Assembly (NCBI GenBank): GCA_902555985.1
Contig: CACDUI010000001.1
Location: 67,291 to 131,290 of the forward strand
Source: an uncultured Candidatus Actinomarina sp.
GTDB lineage: Bacteria; Actinomycetota; Acidimicrobiia; Actinomarinales; Actinomarinaceae
Reading direction: 5' to 3'
Length of the DNA: 64,000 nucleotides
The notes below the pieces were generated by a model. It made no database searches. It worked only from the letters and a program-made list of their open reading frames with translations, and was not told the origin of the DNA. The position numbers were made by a program, and so were the translations under genes. Positions 8,795 to 17,855 of this stretch are shown here, piece after piece. Numbering within the stretch: position 1 is the stretch's first letter; each line of letters starts with the position of its first letter.

Positions 8795-10876
8795 TTAGAG
8801 TTTTCTTGAAGAGTTGATGACAACAGAAATGCTTGAAAGGGCCATTGCTAATGCAGCTAAATTAGGCGTAATGATACCTATTACTGCAATAGGTATCATT
8901 AAAGTGTTGTAAATAAATGCGAGAAAAAGGTTTTGATATATTCTAAGTTTTGACTTTTTAGATAATTTAAATATTTTATTTATAGTTTCTAAACCACCCT
9001 TGTGAATTAAAATATCTCCAGAAACTTGTGCTATCTGACTACTTGAAGAAGTAGTCACACCAACATCCGCTTGCTTGATAGAAGGTGAATCATTAATCCC
9101 ATCACCGATAAAAATAACTTGATTGCTTTTTTGCTTATTTTTTATAAACTCTAATTTTTCTTCAGGGTTTTTACCAGAGTGGTATTCATCTATGTTATGA
9201 TTTTCAGCAAATTTTTTAACATTAATTTGTTTATCACCTGAGAGAATTATGATTTCTTTTTTTGACTTAAGTTCACCTAAAAAATCTGTTGAAACAGAGG
9301 ATTCTTCTTCCAAGTAAATAATATAGATTTTCTCATCGATTGTAATCTTCAAAGAGGATTCTTTTGACTCATTATTTTTTTGAATCTTAATATTTTGTCC
9401 TTCAACAACTCCTTCAATACCAACACCTGATTCTTCTTTTACGTCCTGGGCTGAAAGCAGAGTTATTTCTCTTACTTCAGCTTGATAAACTATACTTCTT
9501 GCTATTGGATGTTGTGAGAAATTTTCAACACTTGCAACTAATTGCAAGAACATTTCTTCAGGTATGCCTTCTACAGGCATTTCTATTTTTGATATTCTAA
9601 AAATTCCAGACGAAAGCGTTCCTGTTTTATCGAAGATCATTGTGTTAATATCGCCAAACTTTTGTAATATATCAAAATTCTTAAAAAGAAATCCACTTAT
9701 TTTACTTTTTGTTGCTGTTTTAAATAAAACAATTGGTGTCGCAAGACCCAATGCACATGGACATGCAATTACAAGAACAGCAATTGAATTTTTTAATGCT
9801 TCTATTAAAACAATGTCTTGAATGAAATATTTATATAAAAATGTACTAAAACTTATAAGTAAGACAGTTGGTACAAAAAATTGTGTTATTTTGTCTAGGG
9901 ACTTTTGAATTTCTGGTTTTGTGCCTTGAGCCTTCCTTATCAAATCTTCAATGATGTTGTATGTTGATTTTTGGTAAGATTCTTTAACTTCAACTTCAAG
10001 ACTTCCTTGCAAGTTGATGCTTCCACCAACTACTTTGTCACCCATGTTTTTTGGCAAGGGAATGGACTCGCCAGTTAATAAGCTTTCGTCAACTGTTGTT
10101 TCTCCCCTGATAACTTCCCCATCAACAGGAATAAGCTGACCTGCAAGAACCGTAAATACATCTTTGATTTGAACATCTTTTGTAGGTATTTCGATATTTT
10201 CACCACTTCTTTTAACAATTAGTGTTTTAGGCATTCTACTTTTAATCGATTCAGAAGTTTTTACAGACTCTTCAATAACCTTGTCTTCAACTGACTTTCC
10301 AATAAGTAAAAATGAAATAATAAATGCCCCAGTATCTAGAAACATTTTGTTTTCTCCTGCTGATGAAACTAGCTGAGCAGGCAAAATAGAAATCAGTAGA
10401 GAGCTCAAGCTCCCCAAGGAGATTAATGTGTCCATGTTAAAATCGAAACTTTTAATTTTCTTATAGGCAGAAATATGAAAATTTCTTCCTAAATAAAGGA
10501 CAACAAAAAAACCTACAACATAGGCTAAGCCGTCATAACCTGTTTCAAAAAGATACTTCAGCGACAAAGTCATTAATAAAGAAATTATCGGTAAAAGTAA
10601 CTTAAGTTTTATTTTTTTATCTTCAACCTCACCTGATGCTTCTTTAGCTTTATACCCTATTTTGTTCACAGATTTGATAATTTCTTCTAGGCTATTGTTC
10701 TCGTCTGAAATGTCAACAATTGCAGATTTTAGAGGAAAGCTTACAGATGCATCAAGAACATTTTCATTTTTGGAAAGAATGCGTTCAATACGTGCTGCAC
10801 AAGCAGCACAAGTCATACCATCAATATCAAGATTTATTGATTTAACTTGGCTGGACAACTGTGTAACCTTGTTCAT
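8795..10876 (-). CDS. copA: Copper-translocating P1B-type ATPase
   Basis: N-terminal HMA domain (GMTCAACAARIE), CPC transmembrane metal site (ACPCALG), DKTGTLS phosphorylation motif and GDGINDSP hinge. Confidence 0.9.
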   Translation of the reverse strand: MNKVTQLSSQVKSINLDIDGMTCAACAARIERILSKNENVLDASVSFPLKSAIVDISDENNSLEEIIKSVNKIGYKAKEASGEVEDKKIKLKLLLPIISLLMTLSLKYLFETGYDGLAYVVGFFVVLYLGRNFHISAYKKIKSFDFNMDTLISLGSLSSLLISILPAQLVSSAGENKMFLDTGAFIISFLLIGKSVEDKVIEESVKTSESIKSRMPKTLIVKRSGENIEIPTKDVQIKDVFTVLAGQLIPVDGEVIRGETTVDESLLTGESIPLPKNMGDKVVGGSINLQGSLEVEVKESYQKSTYNIIEDLIRKAQGTKPEIQKSLDKITQFFVPTVLLISFSTFLYKYFIQDIVLIEALKNSIAVLVIACPCALGLATPIVLFKTATKSKISGFLFKNFDILQKFGDINTMIFDKTGTLSSGIFRISKIEMPVEGIPEEMFLQLVASVENFSQHPIARSIVYQAEVREITLLSAQDVKEESGVGIEGVVEGQNIKIQKNNESKESSLKITIDEKIYIIYLEEESSVSTDFLGELKSKKEIIILSGDKQINVKKFAENHNIDEYHSGKNPEEKLEFIKNKQKSNQVIFIGDGINDSPSIKQADVGVTTSSSSQIAQVSGDILIHKGGLETINKIFKLSKKSKLRIYQNLFLAFIYNTLMIPIAVIGIITPNLAALAMALSSISVVINSSRKL

Positions 10877-11051
10877 CTAACATCTCGGATATGAGAGATA
10901 GGTCTAAATCACTAGTAGATTTTACATCTACTGATTTTTGGTCAATATCTACAGTCACACTTAATACAGACTCAATACTGCCAACAGTTGACTCAATAGT
11001 TTCTTTACAATGTCCACAGCTAATTTCAGGTACAGTAAATTTTGTTTCCAT
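10842..11051 (-). CDS. copZ: Copper chaperone CopZ (HMA domain)
   Basis: 69 aa with a CGHC metal-binding motif in a ferredoxin-like HMA fold. The 3' end overlaps the copA start. Confidence 0.75.
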   Translation of the reverse strand: METKFTVPEISCGHCKETIESTVGSIESVLSVTVDIDQKSVDVKSTSDLDLSLISEMLDEQGYTVVQPS

Positions 11052-11059
11052 GTGTTTAT

Positions 11060-11107
11060 TTTAATATTCTTGGGTTATAAAATAAGCCCCTTTTTAAAGG
11101 GGCTTAT
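11060..11107 (-). terminator. Intrinsic-terminator-like hairpin downstream of the small Cys/His gene (10-bp perfect stem)
   Basis: ATAAGCCCCT-TTTTAA-AGGGGCTTAT at 11082..11107. The stem halves are exact reverse complements. A U-rich run (UUUAUAA) follows on the minus-strand transcript. Between the hairpin and the gene the minus-strand 3'UTR is an unusual C-rich tract. Confidence 0.5.
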
Positions 11108-11153
11108 AGGAAACCTCATGGGGGAGATTTCGTTAAGGGGGGGTAGTTAAAAC

Positions 11154-11348
11154 TTAAGCTGTTTCTTGGAGAATTCTGCCTCTTACTCGCGGGTATTTTA
11201 CCGGAGCATGGTTGAAGCAATGATCTCTTTTGTTATAAATACTAAGTTGAGTACTGCAAGATTCATCTTTACATACTCTGCCCTGGTCAAAACTTTTTGA
11301 TGGTCTAATACCACCTTTTATTTGACTAGCCTTTAATCCGTCTGTCAT
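11154..11348 (-). CDS. Small conserved Cys/His protein, paralog 1 (C-x4-C-x12-C-x2-H zinc-ribbon-like)
   Basis: 64 aa. About 55% identical to the 67-aa ORF at 35631..35834, with a shared block RVC..D.C....S.YNK...CF.HAPV.YPRVRG. Basic N-terminus. Confidence 0.55.
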   Translation of the reverse strand: MTDGLKASQIKGGIRPSKSFDQGRVCKDESCSTQLSIYNKRDHCFNHAPVKYPRVRGRILQETA

Positions 11349-11365
11349 TTTTATCCTTTATATAC

Positions 11366-11385
11366 TTTGTGAATATATTCACAAG
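11366..11385. promoter_or_regulatory. Perfect 18-bp palindrome TTGTGAATATATTCACAA (CRP/FNR-type TGTGA-N6-TCACA) about 20 bp upstream of the small Cys/His gene
   Basis: TGTGA (11368..11372) - ATATAT - TCACA (11379..11383), with flanking TT/AA extending the symmetry. Lies in the 65-bp gap between the peptidase stop and the small gene's start. Confidence 0.45.
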
Positions 11386-11413
11386 GTTAACACTTTTATT
11401 GTAGATGGCAACC

Positions 11414-13312
11414 TTATTTTGACAAGTTTTTTTGTGTTAAAAATGCACTATCGTTCCATTTTCTACCTAAAAAGTTTTGAACCATGGTCTCAGCCGGAAT
11501 TGTTCCTCCAGGCATTAATATTTTATTTTTATAGTCAACACCAACTAACTTTGAAAGAACCCCCTCATTTTCAAACCTACTAAATAAATCATCACCTATT
11601 ATTTCAGCCCATATATACCCGTAATAAGCAGCATCATATCCACCAAGTAAATGACCGAAGGCTGCTAGATGGTTTATGTCTTTGGGATAAGATATAGTAG
11701 TAACTTCTTGAGCAGCATGCTCAATTTCTAAAAGACTATCTTTAAAGTTTTTTCCATGCAAATGTTGATCTGCAAGACCAAATGATACTTGTCTAAGCGT
11801 AAGTAAACTTACACCAATATTTTTAGACTTATTAAGCTTTTCACAAATTTCATCAGATAAGGTATCTCCAGATTCAATATGTTTTGAAATTCTTTTCATG
11901 CACTCTACTTTCCAAACCCAGTGTTCCATAATTTGACTTGGTGCTTCTACAAAGTCCCACTCACAGTTTGCGCCAACAAACCTTGTATATTTTGATTTAC
12001 CAATTCCATTGTGCAATACATGCCCAAATTCATGAAACAGAGTTTCAACTTCATCAAATGTCATTAACCCATCTCCCGTATTCGGGCTTGGGAAATTTGC
12101 AACCATTGAACATATTGGTAAGTCTTGTCTGTTGGACCCACCAGAGGAAATGTCGAAAACAGCTGCGTGGGTAAATTTTCCTTCTCTTGGGTAAAGGTCT
12201 AAATAAAAATAAGCAAGTTGTTGCCCGTCTTTTTCCCATAAAGACCATAGCTCAACATCTTTATGCCAGGCAGTTTTATTTGATTCAGGTTTTATTTCTA
12301 AATCAAAGACTTCCTCACAAACTTTAAACATTTCAGTTTTTACATCATGTATAAAGAAGAATTTTTTTAGTTCGCTATTTTCAATAGCACTTACTTTGCT
12401 TCTCTGTGCTGAAATAAAATATCGGATATCCCAAGGTGATATGTCATCAATGTCAATATTATCTATTACAAGCTCTTTTTTTTCTATTTCAGCTGCTTTT
12501 TGTAATTTAGAAATTAAACTTTCATACATTAAAGTGACATTTTCAGGTGATTTTGCCATTCTGTTCTGCAATCTATAATGAGCCCAAGTTTCATATCCAA
12601 ACAAGTTAGCCTTTTCATTTCTTAGCTGGACAGCCTCTTTCAAAATGGGACTATTTTCTTCTACAGCACGATTATTAAATGCTTTCCAAACAATCTCTCT
12701 CGTTGCTCTTATGCTGCAATTTTCCATGACTGCATTAATTTCTGGATATGCCATGGTTATAACAAATCTGTCTTCAATTTTTTTTAAGTTTTTAAGTTCA
12801 CTTGCACTTAACCCTTTTAATTCATTTTCAGAAAATAAGACTTCTGTCTTATCTTTTGCAATATTTTCTGAAAATGAAATGCTTAGATCAATAAGTTTTT
12901 TCTCAATTTCTGTCAGCCTAGCTTTTTTTTCATCTGAAAGACCATGTCCCGTATCTTTGAAATCAATTTCTAAATCTTTATGAAATGATTTTGATTCATC
13001 ATCCAAACTAAGGGTTTGAATTTCGCTAAATTTTTCGTATAGTTCTTTATCCTTAAATAATTCGAGCACAAAATTTTGTATTTTTGAATCAGCTTCATTT
13101 CCAAAATCTCTAATTTTTTCATCTGGGTGTACATCTCCCATAAAAGCAATACGTCCAGAAAGATCATGAATTGTACTTTCTAGTTCATCAAAATTACTTA
13201 ATACAATATTTTCAAATGATTTAATATTTTTGACTAATGTTTTACAGTCTTTAATTGTACTTTCTAAGTCTTTTTGTAATATTTCCAATGTTATGTCTGA
13301 ATAGTTAAACAC
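11414..13312 (-). CDS. M3-family zinc oligopeptidase (thimet oligopeptidase/Dcp/OpdA-like)
   Basis: 632 aa. HEFGHVLH zincin motif with a downstream Glu. Overall length and layout match M3 peptidases. Confidence 0.85.
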   Translation of the reverse strand: MFNYSDITLEILQKDLESTIKDCKTLVKNIKSFENIVLSNFDELESTIHDLSGRIAFMGDVHPDEKIRDFGNEADSKIQNFVLELFKDKELYEKFSEIQTLSLDDESKSFHKDLEIDFKDTGHGLSDEKKARLTEIEKKLIDLSISFSENIAKDKTEVLFSENELKGLSASELKNLKKIEDRFVITMAYPEINAVMENCSIRATREIVWKAFNNRAVEENSPILKEAVQLRNEKANLFGYETWAHYRLQNRMAKSPENVTLMYESLISKLQKAAEIEKKELVIDNIDIDDISPWDIRYFISAQRSKVSAIENSELKKFFFIHDVKTEMFKVCEEVFDLEIKPESNKTAWHKDVELWSLWEKDGQQLAYFYLDLYPREGKFTHAAVFDISSGGSNRQDLPICSMVANFPSPNTGDGLMTFDEVETLFHEFGHVLHNGIGKSKYTRFVGANCEWDFVEAPSQIMEHWVWKVECMKRISKHIESGDTLSDEICEKLNKSKNIGVSLLTLRQVSFGLADQHLHGKNFKDSLLEIEHAAQEVTTISYPKDINHLAAFGHLLGGYDAAYYGYIWAEIIGDDLFSRFENEGVLSKLVGVDYKNKILMPGGTIPAETMVQNFLGRKWNDSAFLTQKNLSK

Positions 13313-13349
13313 TTAACTCCTTTAACTTTTTATATGATAGTATTTAGTT

Positions 13350-13586
13350 ATGGAAATCAAACTTGAATTTTGTGTAGTTTGAAACTACACACCTCGTGCA
13401 GTTGGCACGATAGAAGATGTCTTAGAAATTTACGGTAATAAAGTTACCAATATTCAATTGATTCCAAGTGGTGGTGGAGTATTTGAATTTCATTTAAATG
13501 AAAAATTAATATTTTCAAAAAAAGAACTAGAAAGACACTCAGAAGATGGGGAAATTCTTAAATTAATTGAAGAAGAACTTGGTTGA
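13350..13586 (+). CDS. SelW/Rdx-family selenoprotein (78 aa) with in-frame UGA = Sec at 13380..13382 (CxxU)
   Basis: The frame reads MEIKLEFCVV-U-NYTPRAVGTIEDVLEIYGNKVTNIQLIPSGGGVFEFHLNEKLIFSKKELERHSEDGEILKLIEEELG. Both the CVVU redox motif and the LIPSGGGVFEF block are Rdx/SelW hallmarks. A hairpin tCGTGC-AGTTG-GCACGa lies at 13392..13408, 9 nt after the UGA (a candidate bacterial SECIS). Without recoding the ORF would be only 10 codons. Confidence 0.7.
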
Positions 13587-14317
13587 ACTTACCGTTTGAT
13601 TTAACTCTATTTGAAGTAATTTTTATTGCACTATTGCTTTTTATTGGCTCTGCAGTCCAAGGCGTTTTGGGTTTTGGGTTTGCTGTTATCGCTTCACCAA
13701 TAATTGTTCAAATTGAACCTAATCTTGTACCACAGCTGCTTGCGTTACTTGGTTTACCACTTGCTTTGAGAGTTTTTTACAGAGAAAAAGATGAAGTTGA
13801 TTTATCTAAAGTAAGGCCACTTATTTTAGGTCGGTTAATAGGAGGACCACTTGGACTCTTGTTCTTATTAAACTTATCTGAGAAATATTTATCAATTTCC
13901 GTAGGGCTTATTGTTTTCATAGCAGGTGCAGGTTCTTTTTTTGGTTGGGAAATAAATAGAAATAATTTAAATTCGTTTTTTGCAGGTACTTTTTCTGGTA
14001 TTTTTGGAATGATTGCAGCAATTGGTGGCCCTCCAGTAGCTTTGCTTTATAGAAATACTAAATCTCAGGAATTTAGGCCATCCCTTAATAGTGTATTTAG
14101 TATAGGTATTTTGATTACATTGTCTCTTTTAGTATTTAGTGGGAATCTTTTTCTTGACCACCTACTTTTATTTTTGTTATTTCTTCCAGTTGTTTTGATT
14201 GGAATTCGAGTTTCTAGCTCTCTTTTCTCTAAAGCCTCAGATCGTTTTATTGCACAGTCAGTAACTTATTTTTCAATTATTTCTGGTCTTTATGTTATTT
14301 TGAGAAACATAAATTAG
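13583..14317 (+). CDS. TSUP (TauE/SafE, DUF81) family membrane transporter
   Basis: 244 aa with two repeated 4-TM halves containing Gly-rich GxGGG-type segments. An apparent TTG start overlaps the selenoprotein stop (TTGA), so the true start is uncertain. Confidence 0.65.
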   Translation: MNLPFDLTLFEVIFIALLLFIGSAVQGVLGFGFAVIASPIIVQIEPNLVPQLLALLGLPLALRVFYREKDEVDLSKVRPLILGRLIGGPLGLLFLLNLSEKYLSISVGLIVFIAGAGSFFGWEINRNNLNSFFAGTFSGIFGMIAAIGGPPVALLYRNTKSQEFRPSLNSVFSIGILITLSLLVFSGNLFLDHLLLFLLFLPVVLIGIRVSSSLFSKASDRFIAQSVTYFSIISGLYVILRNIN

Positions 14318-14354
14318 TTTATTTCAATTAAGAGGATTATTAATATATAAGCAT

Positions 14355-15845
14355 ATGTTTATGAACGCCACTATTGCCGGCTTGCTCTATTTCTTAAGTT
14401 TTCCTCCATATGATTTATGGTATTTAATATTTCCAGCACTGTATCTTTTTTATTATTCATTGTTATCAAAAGAAAAATCATTTTTATCAGGATTTATCTT
14501 TGGGTGTATTGCTTACGGTGTAATTTTATTAGGTATTCAATCAATAGGACTTGAAGCCTGGATTCCACTAACAATCTTAATGGGGTTGATGTACGGAATA
14601 TTCGGAAGACTATTTTCCTATCTAAATACAAAATCTGAAAACAATTTCTATGTTTTACTGTCAGCAATAGCAATTTTTGATTTATTTAGAGCGTATTTTC
14701 CATTTGGTGGTTTTCCCTGGGGGTTTCCTTCAACAGTTTTATTAACTAGTCCTATAAACAGTCCATTATTTTTTGAAATTCCTTTGTATTTCAAAAATTT
14801 TGGACCAACGGGAGCATCTCTTTTACTACAATCCTTTACATTAATAATTGCACTTGGTGTCTTTCTGAAAAGTAAACAAAAAAATTATTTGAAAAATTAC
14901 ATTATATTTTCATTAATAATTTTTATAATAATAATTTCTAATTTTGTGATAAGTGATTCTCAATATGCTCAAATAGAAGCATCAGAACTAAATATCGCAA
15001 TCGTTCAAGGAAACAGCCCGTGTCCTGGTGCAAAAAACAGATGCAACAATGAAAGACAAAAAATTTATGATAGTCATTTAACCCAAACGCAATCTCTTGA
15101 TGGGAATTTTGATTTAGTAGTTTGGCCGGAGAGCTCAACAGGATTTAATAATGATCCTGGAATACATAGCAAAGTTCAAAATGAAATTTCTGCCGAAGCC
15201 TTAAGACTAGATTCGTATTTTTTAATAGGTGGAGATAGGCCCATACAAAAAAAATATTTTGAAAATTATGGAATTTTTATAAACAAAGATGGAGAGATTA
15301 CAGGTCAATATTTAAAACAACACCCCGTCCCTTTTGGAGAGTATATTCCATTTAGAAAATATTTAGAATGGATTCCTCCATTAGCACTAGTTCCCCGGGA
15401 CATGATTAGGGGAGATAGTCAAAAAATATTTATGGTTAATGATGTAAAAATTTCATCTGTTATTTCATTTGAAGGTTCATTCCAAAGGTATATCCGAAAC
15501 AGTGTGCAGGATGGTGCAGAATTGGTTGTAATCCTTACTAACCAAGCAAGTTATGGAGAAAGCGGTATGTCAGACCAATTTATATTAATGTCTAGAGCAA
15601 ATGCAATCTCAAATGGGAGGCCGATTGTGCACGCAGCAATAACTGGTAAGTCAGCATTTATAGACCACAAGGGAACAGTAATTTCTAAAACTGAATTATT
15701 TGAAACAGGAATACTGACTGAAAAAATTGAGGTTATACAGACAGAAACTCCCTACAGCAAATATGGAAACTATTTAAATTATATTTTTATAGTATTTGGA
15801 GGCATCAGTCTTTTGTGGCCAAAGAATATGTTGAAGAAAACCTAG
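14355..15845 (+). CDS. lnt: Apolipoprotein N-acyltransferase
   Basis: N-terminal polytopic region followed by a C-terminal carbon-nitrogen hydrolase domain (VVWPESS Glu, Lys, and a Cys in ISFEGSF). Architecture is typical of Lnt. Confidence 0.8.
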   Translation: MFMNATIAGLLYFLSFPPYDLWYLIFPALYLFYYSLLSKEKSFLSGFIFGCIAYGVILLGIQSIGLEAWIPLTILMGLMYGIFGRLFSYLNTKSENNFYVLLSAIAIFDLFRAYFPFGGFPWGFPSTVLLTSPINSPLFFEIPLYFKNFGPTGASLLLQSFTLIIALGVFLKSKQKNYLKNYIIFSLIIFIIIISNFVISDSQYAQIEASELNIAIVQGNSPCPGAKNRCNNERQKIYDSHLTQTQSLDGNFDLVVWPESSTGFNNDPGIHSKVQNEISAEALRLDSYFLIGGDRPIQKKYFENYGIFINKDGEITGQYLKQHPVPFGEYIPFRKYLEWIPPLALVPRDMIRGDSQKIFMVNDVKISSVISFEGSFQRYIRNSVQDGAELVVILTNQASYGESGMSDQFILMSRANAISNGRPIVHAAITGKSAFIDHKGTVISKTELFETGILTEKIEVIQTETPYSKYGNYLNYIFIVFGGISLLWPKNMLKKT

Positions 15846-15888
15846 AAAAGCTTATCTATAAAATCTATGAAACTTTTTAGGAACTAAT

Positions 15889-17100
15889 TTATAATTCTGA
15901 ATCAATTATTGGCAAGCCTCTTGCAGCAGCAGCCTCCACTGTGCCGTCTTGAAATGCTCTTAGTCCAAACTTTGGTAATACTGCAAATATATGATCAAAT
16001 ATATCAGATTGTATACCTTCGTATTCAACCCAATCAATTGTATTTGTAAAGGTATATAACTCTAGAGGAACTCCTGTGGGAGTTGGCGAAAGTTGTCTTA
16101 CCAGCAAAGTCATCGTTTCTGTATTGAGACCATCATGATTTTGTAAATACTTAACAAGATATGCTCTAAATGTCCCAAGGTTAGTAAGTTTTCTTTTTTC
16201 TTTTTTTTCATCAACCAAAGAGTTAAATTTTTCAATATCTTTTATTTTTTCAGAGAGATATTTATTTACAGTTGGGATTTTCATTAGCTTATCAATATCT
16301 TTTTGCTCCATAAACCTAACACTTGATATATCTATGGAGATTGATCTTTTAATTCTTCTTCCTCCATACTCTGACATTCCTCGCCAGTTTTTTACAGATG
16401 TGGTGACAATCTTTGATGTTGGAATTGTTGTGATAGTTTTATCCCAGTTTTGTACCTTTACTGTATGTAAGGCAATGTCTACAACATCACCATCAGCACC
16501 ATATTCTGGTACCTCAATCCAGTCTCCATTATTAATAATGTTATTCTGACCAATTTGTACTGATGCTATAAATGACAAAATTGTGTCCTGGAAAACTAAC
16601 AACAGAACTGCTGTAAGGGCACCTAAACCACTAATGTAATAACTAACTGGTTGACCAGTCATAATTGCAAAAATAATTATGAATATAAAAGAGTTAACAA
16701 CAATTTTAACAATCTGAACGTAGCCCTTAATTGGCTTATTTTTTAGTGATTTGATATTTTCTGAAACCTTATTTAACACATTCAACATTTCAAGAAGAGT
16801 AAGGCCAACGAATAATGTTAAAAATGCACTAGAAACTCTCTTAGAAATTTCAGTATTAAATATTTCTAAATTGAACTGGGGTGTAGCAATTAAAAAATTA
16901 AACAAAACAAAAACGAATACATAAGAAACTCTATTTAAAAATTTTTTATCTAGGAATAGGTCGTCTATATATGTACTTGTTTTACTTGCACCACGTTTAA
17001 TTATTGGAAAAACTAATGATCGAAGAATTAGATAGGAAGCAATAAGAATTCCAATTAAATATGCGAGTGTAGGCAAGTCTGATGCTGTTAAATTATTCAT
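15889..17100 (-). CDS. MscS-family mechanosensitive channel
   Basis: N-terminal TM helices followed by the conserved MscS beta-domain (GDWIEV...GDVVDIALHTVKVQNWDKTITTIPTS) and a C-terminal alpha/beta domain. Confidence 0.8.
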   Translation of the reverse strand: MNNLTASDLPTLAYLIGILIASYLILRSLVFPIIKRGASKTSTYIDDLFLDKKFLNRVSYVFVFVLFNFLIATPQFNLEIFNTEISKRVSSAFLTLFVGLTLLEMLNVLNKVSENIKSLKNKPIKGYVQIVKIVVNSFIFIIIFAIMTGQPVSYYISGLGALTAVLLLVFQDTILSFIASVQIGQNNIINNGDWIEVPEYGADGDVVDIALHTVKVQNWDKTITTIPTSKIVTTSVKNWRGMSEYGGRRIKRSISIDISSVRFMEQKDIDKLMKIPTVNKYLSEKIKDIEKFNSLVDEKKEKRKLTNLGTFRAYLVKYLQNHDGLNTETMTLLVRQLSPTPTGVPLELYTFTNTIDWVEYEGIQSDIFDHIFAVLPKFGLRAFQDGTVEAAAARGLPIIDSEL

Positions 17101-17114
17101 ACATTAATCCTACT

Positions 17115-17855
17115 CTAAAAACCTTTTTGTTGACTTTTCCATGGGGCTGGTATGTTATTAATAAACTCGTCAACACTTGGACCGCCCAGAGACTGAAGTT
17201 TATTTTGTCCAATAATATAAGTAACGACCAATAAAATTAATGTTGTCTGATTTGATGATAAAAGTTTAATTGTTACAAGTATCTCAGGGGAATTGAAAAA
17301 TATTATTTGAAGACCACCCTTGATAAATAAGTATAAAGTCCAAATTATTGCAACTCTTGTATATGCAGGACGAACAAGTTCGTGTAGGTACCACCCTTGG
17401 GGCCATTTTCTAATTGCTTTAGAACTATAAATAGTAAATGGTTTTTTAATTATTATTGAAACAAAACCAACTACAGCAATTAAAATATCTCTAACGATTC
17501 CAGGAATAAAAAAGCCAGACGCACTTCCTTGAACTCTTGCTAGAAGAAGTGCTACCAATGTTCCTACTAATCCGTAGAATACAAATTTTAAATCTTGCTT
17601 TCTTAGAAGACGATAAAGAAACAAAAGTATTAACAAAATACCCGTATATAAAATTGCCTGATTAAGAGTTGTAAAATTATTGGTTACTACAAAAAAGATT
17701 GGGGCAACTACAGAATCAAAAACTCCTTCTTGATTAAAATTTAATTCTTTTAACTCTTCTTTGATTTCTAAATACTTTTTATAAAATTTTCTCAATTTAT
17801 TTGAACTTATTATTAAAAGAATCTTCATCATTTGAGAGCGAAGTTTCTTTTTCAA
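17115..17855 (-). CDS. Polytopic membrane protein (hypothetical). The start is probably downstream of the ORF-track start, since that overlaps the purB 3' end
   Basis: 246 aa with 5-6 hydrophobic helices. No motif recognised. Confidence 0.35.
   Translation of the reverse strand: MKKKLRSQMMKILLIISSNKLRKFYKKYLEIKEELKELNFNQEGVFDSVVAPIFFVVTNNFTTLNQAILYTGILLILLFLYRLLRKQDLKFVFYGLVGTLVALLLARVQGSASGFFIPGIVRDILIAVVGFVSIIIKKPFTIYSSKAIRKWPQGWYLHELVRPAYTRVAIIWTLYLFIKGGLQIIFFNSPEILVTIKLLSSNQTTLILLVVTYIIGQNKLQSLGGPSVDEFINNIPAPWKSQQKGF

Noticed and set aside
11108-11153. G-runs (GGGGG...GGGGGGG) downstream of small Cys/His paralog 1 as a G-quadruplex or riboswitch
   Set aside because: Only two G-tracts are present, which is too few for a quadruplex. 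More likely this is part of the terminator/3'UTR region. Noted as compositionally odd in an AT-rich genome, but no supported function.
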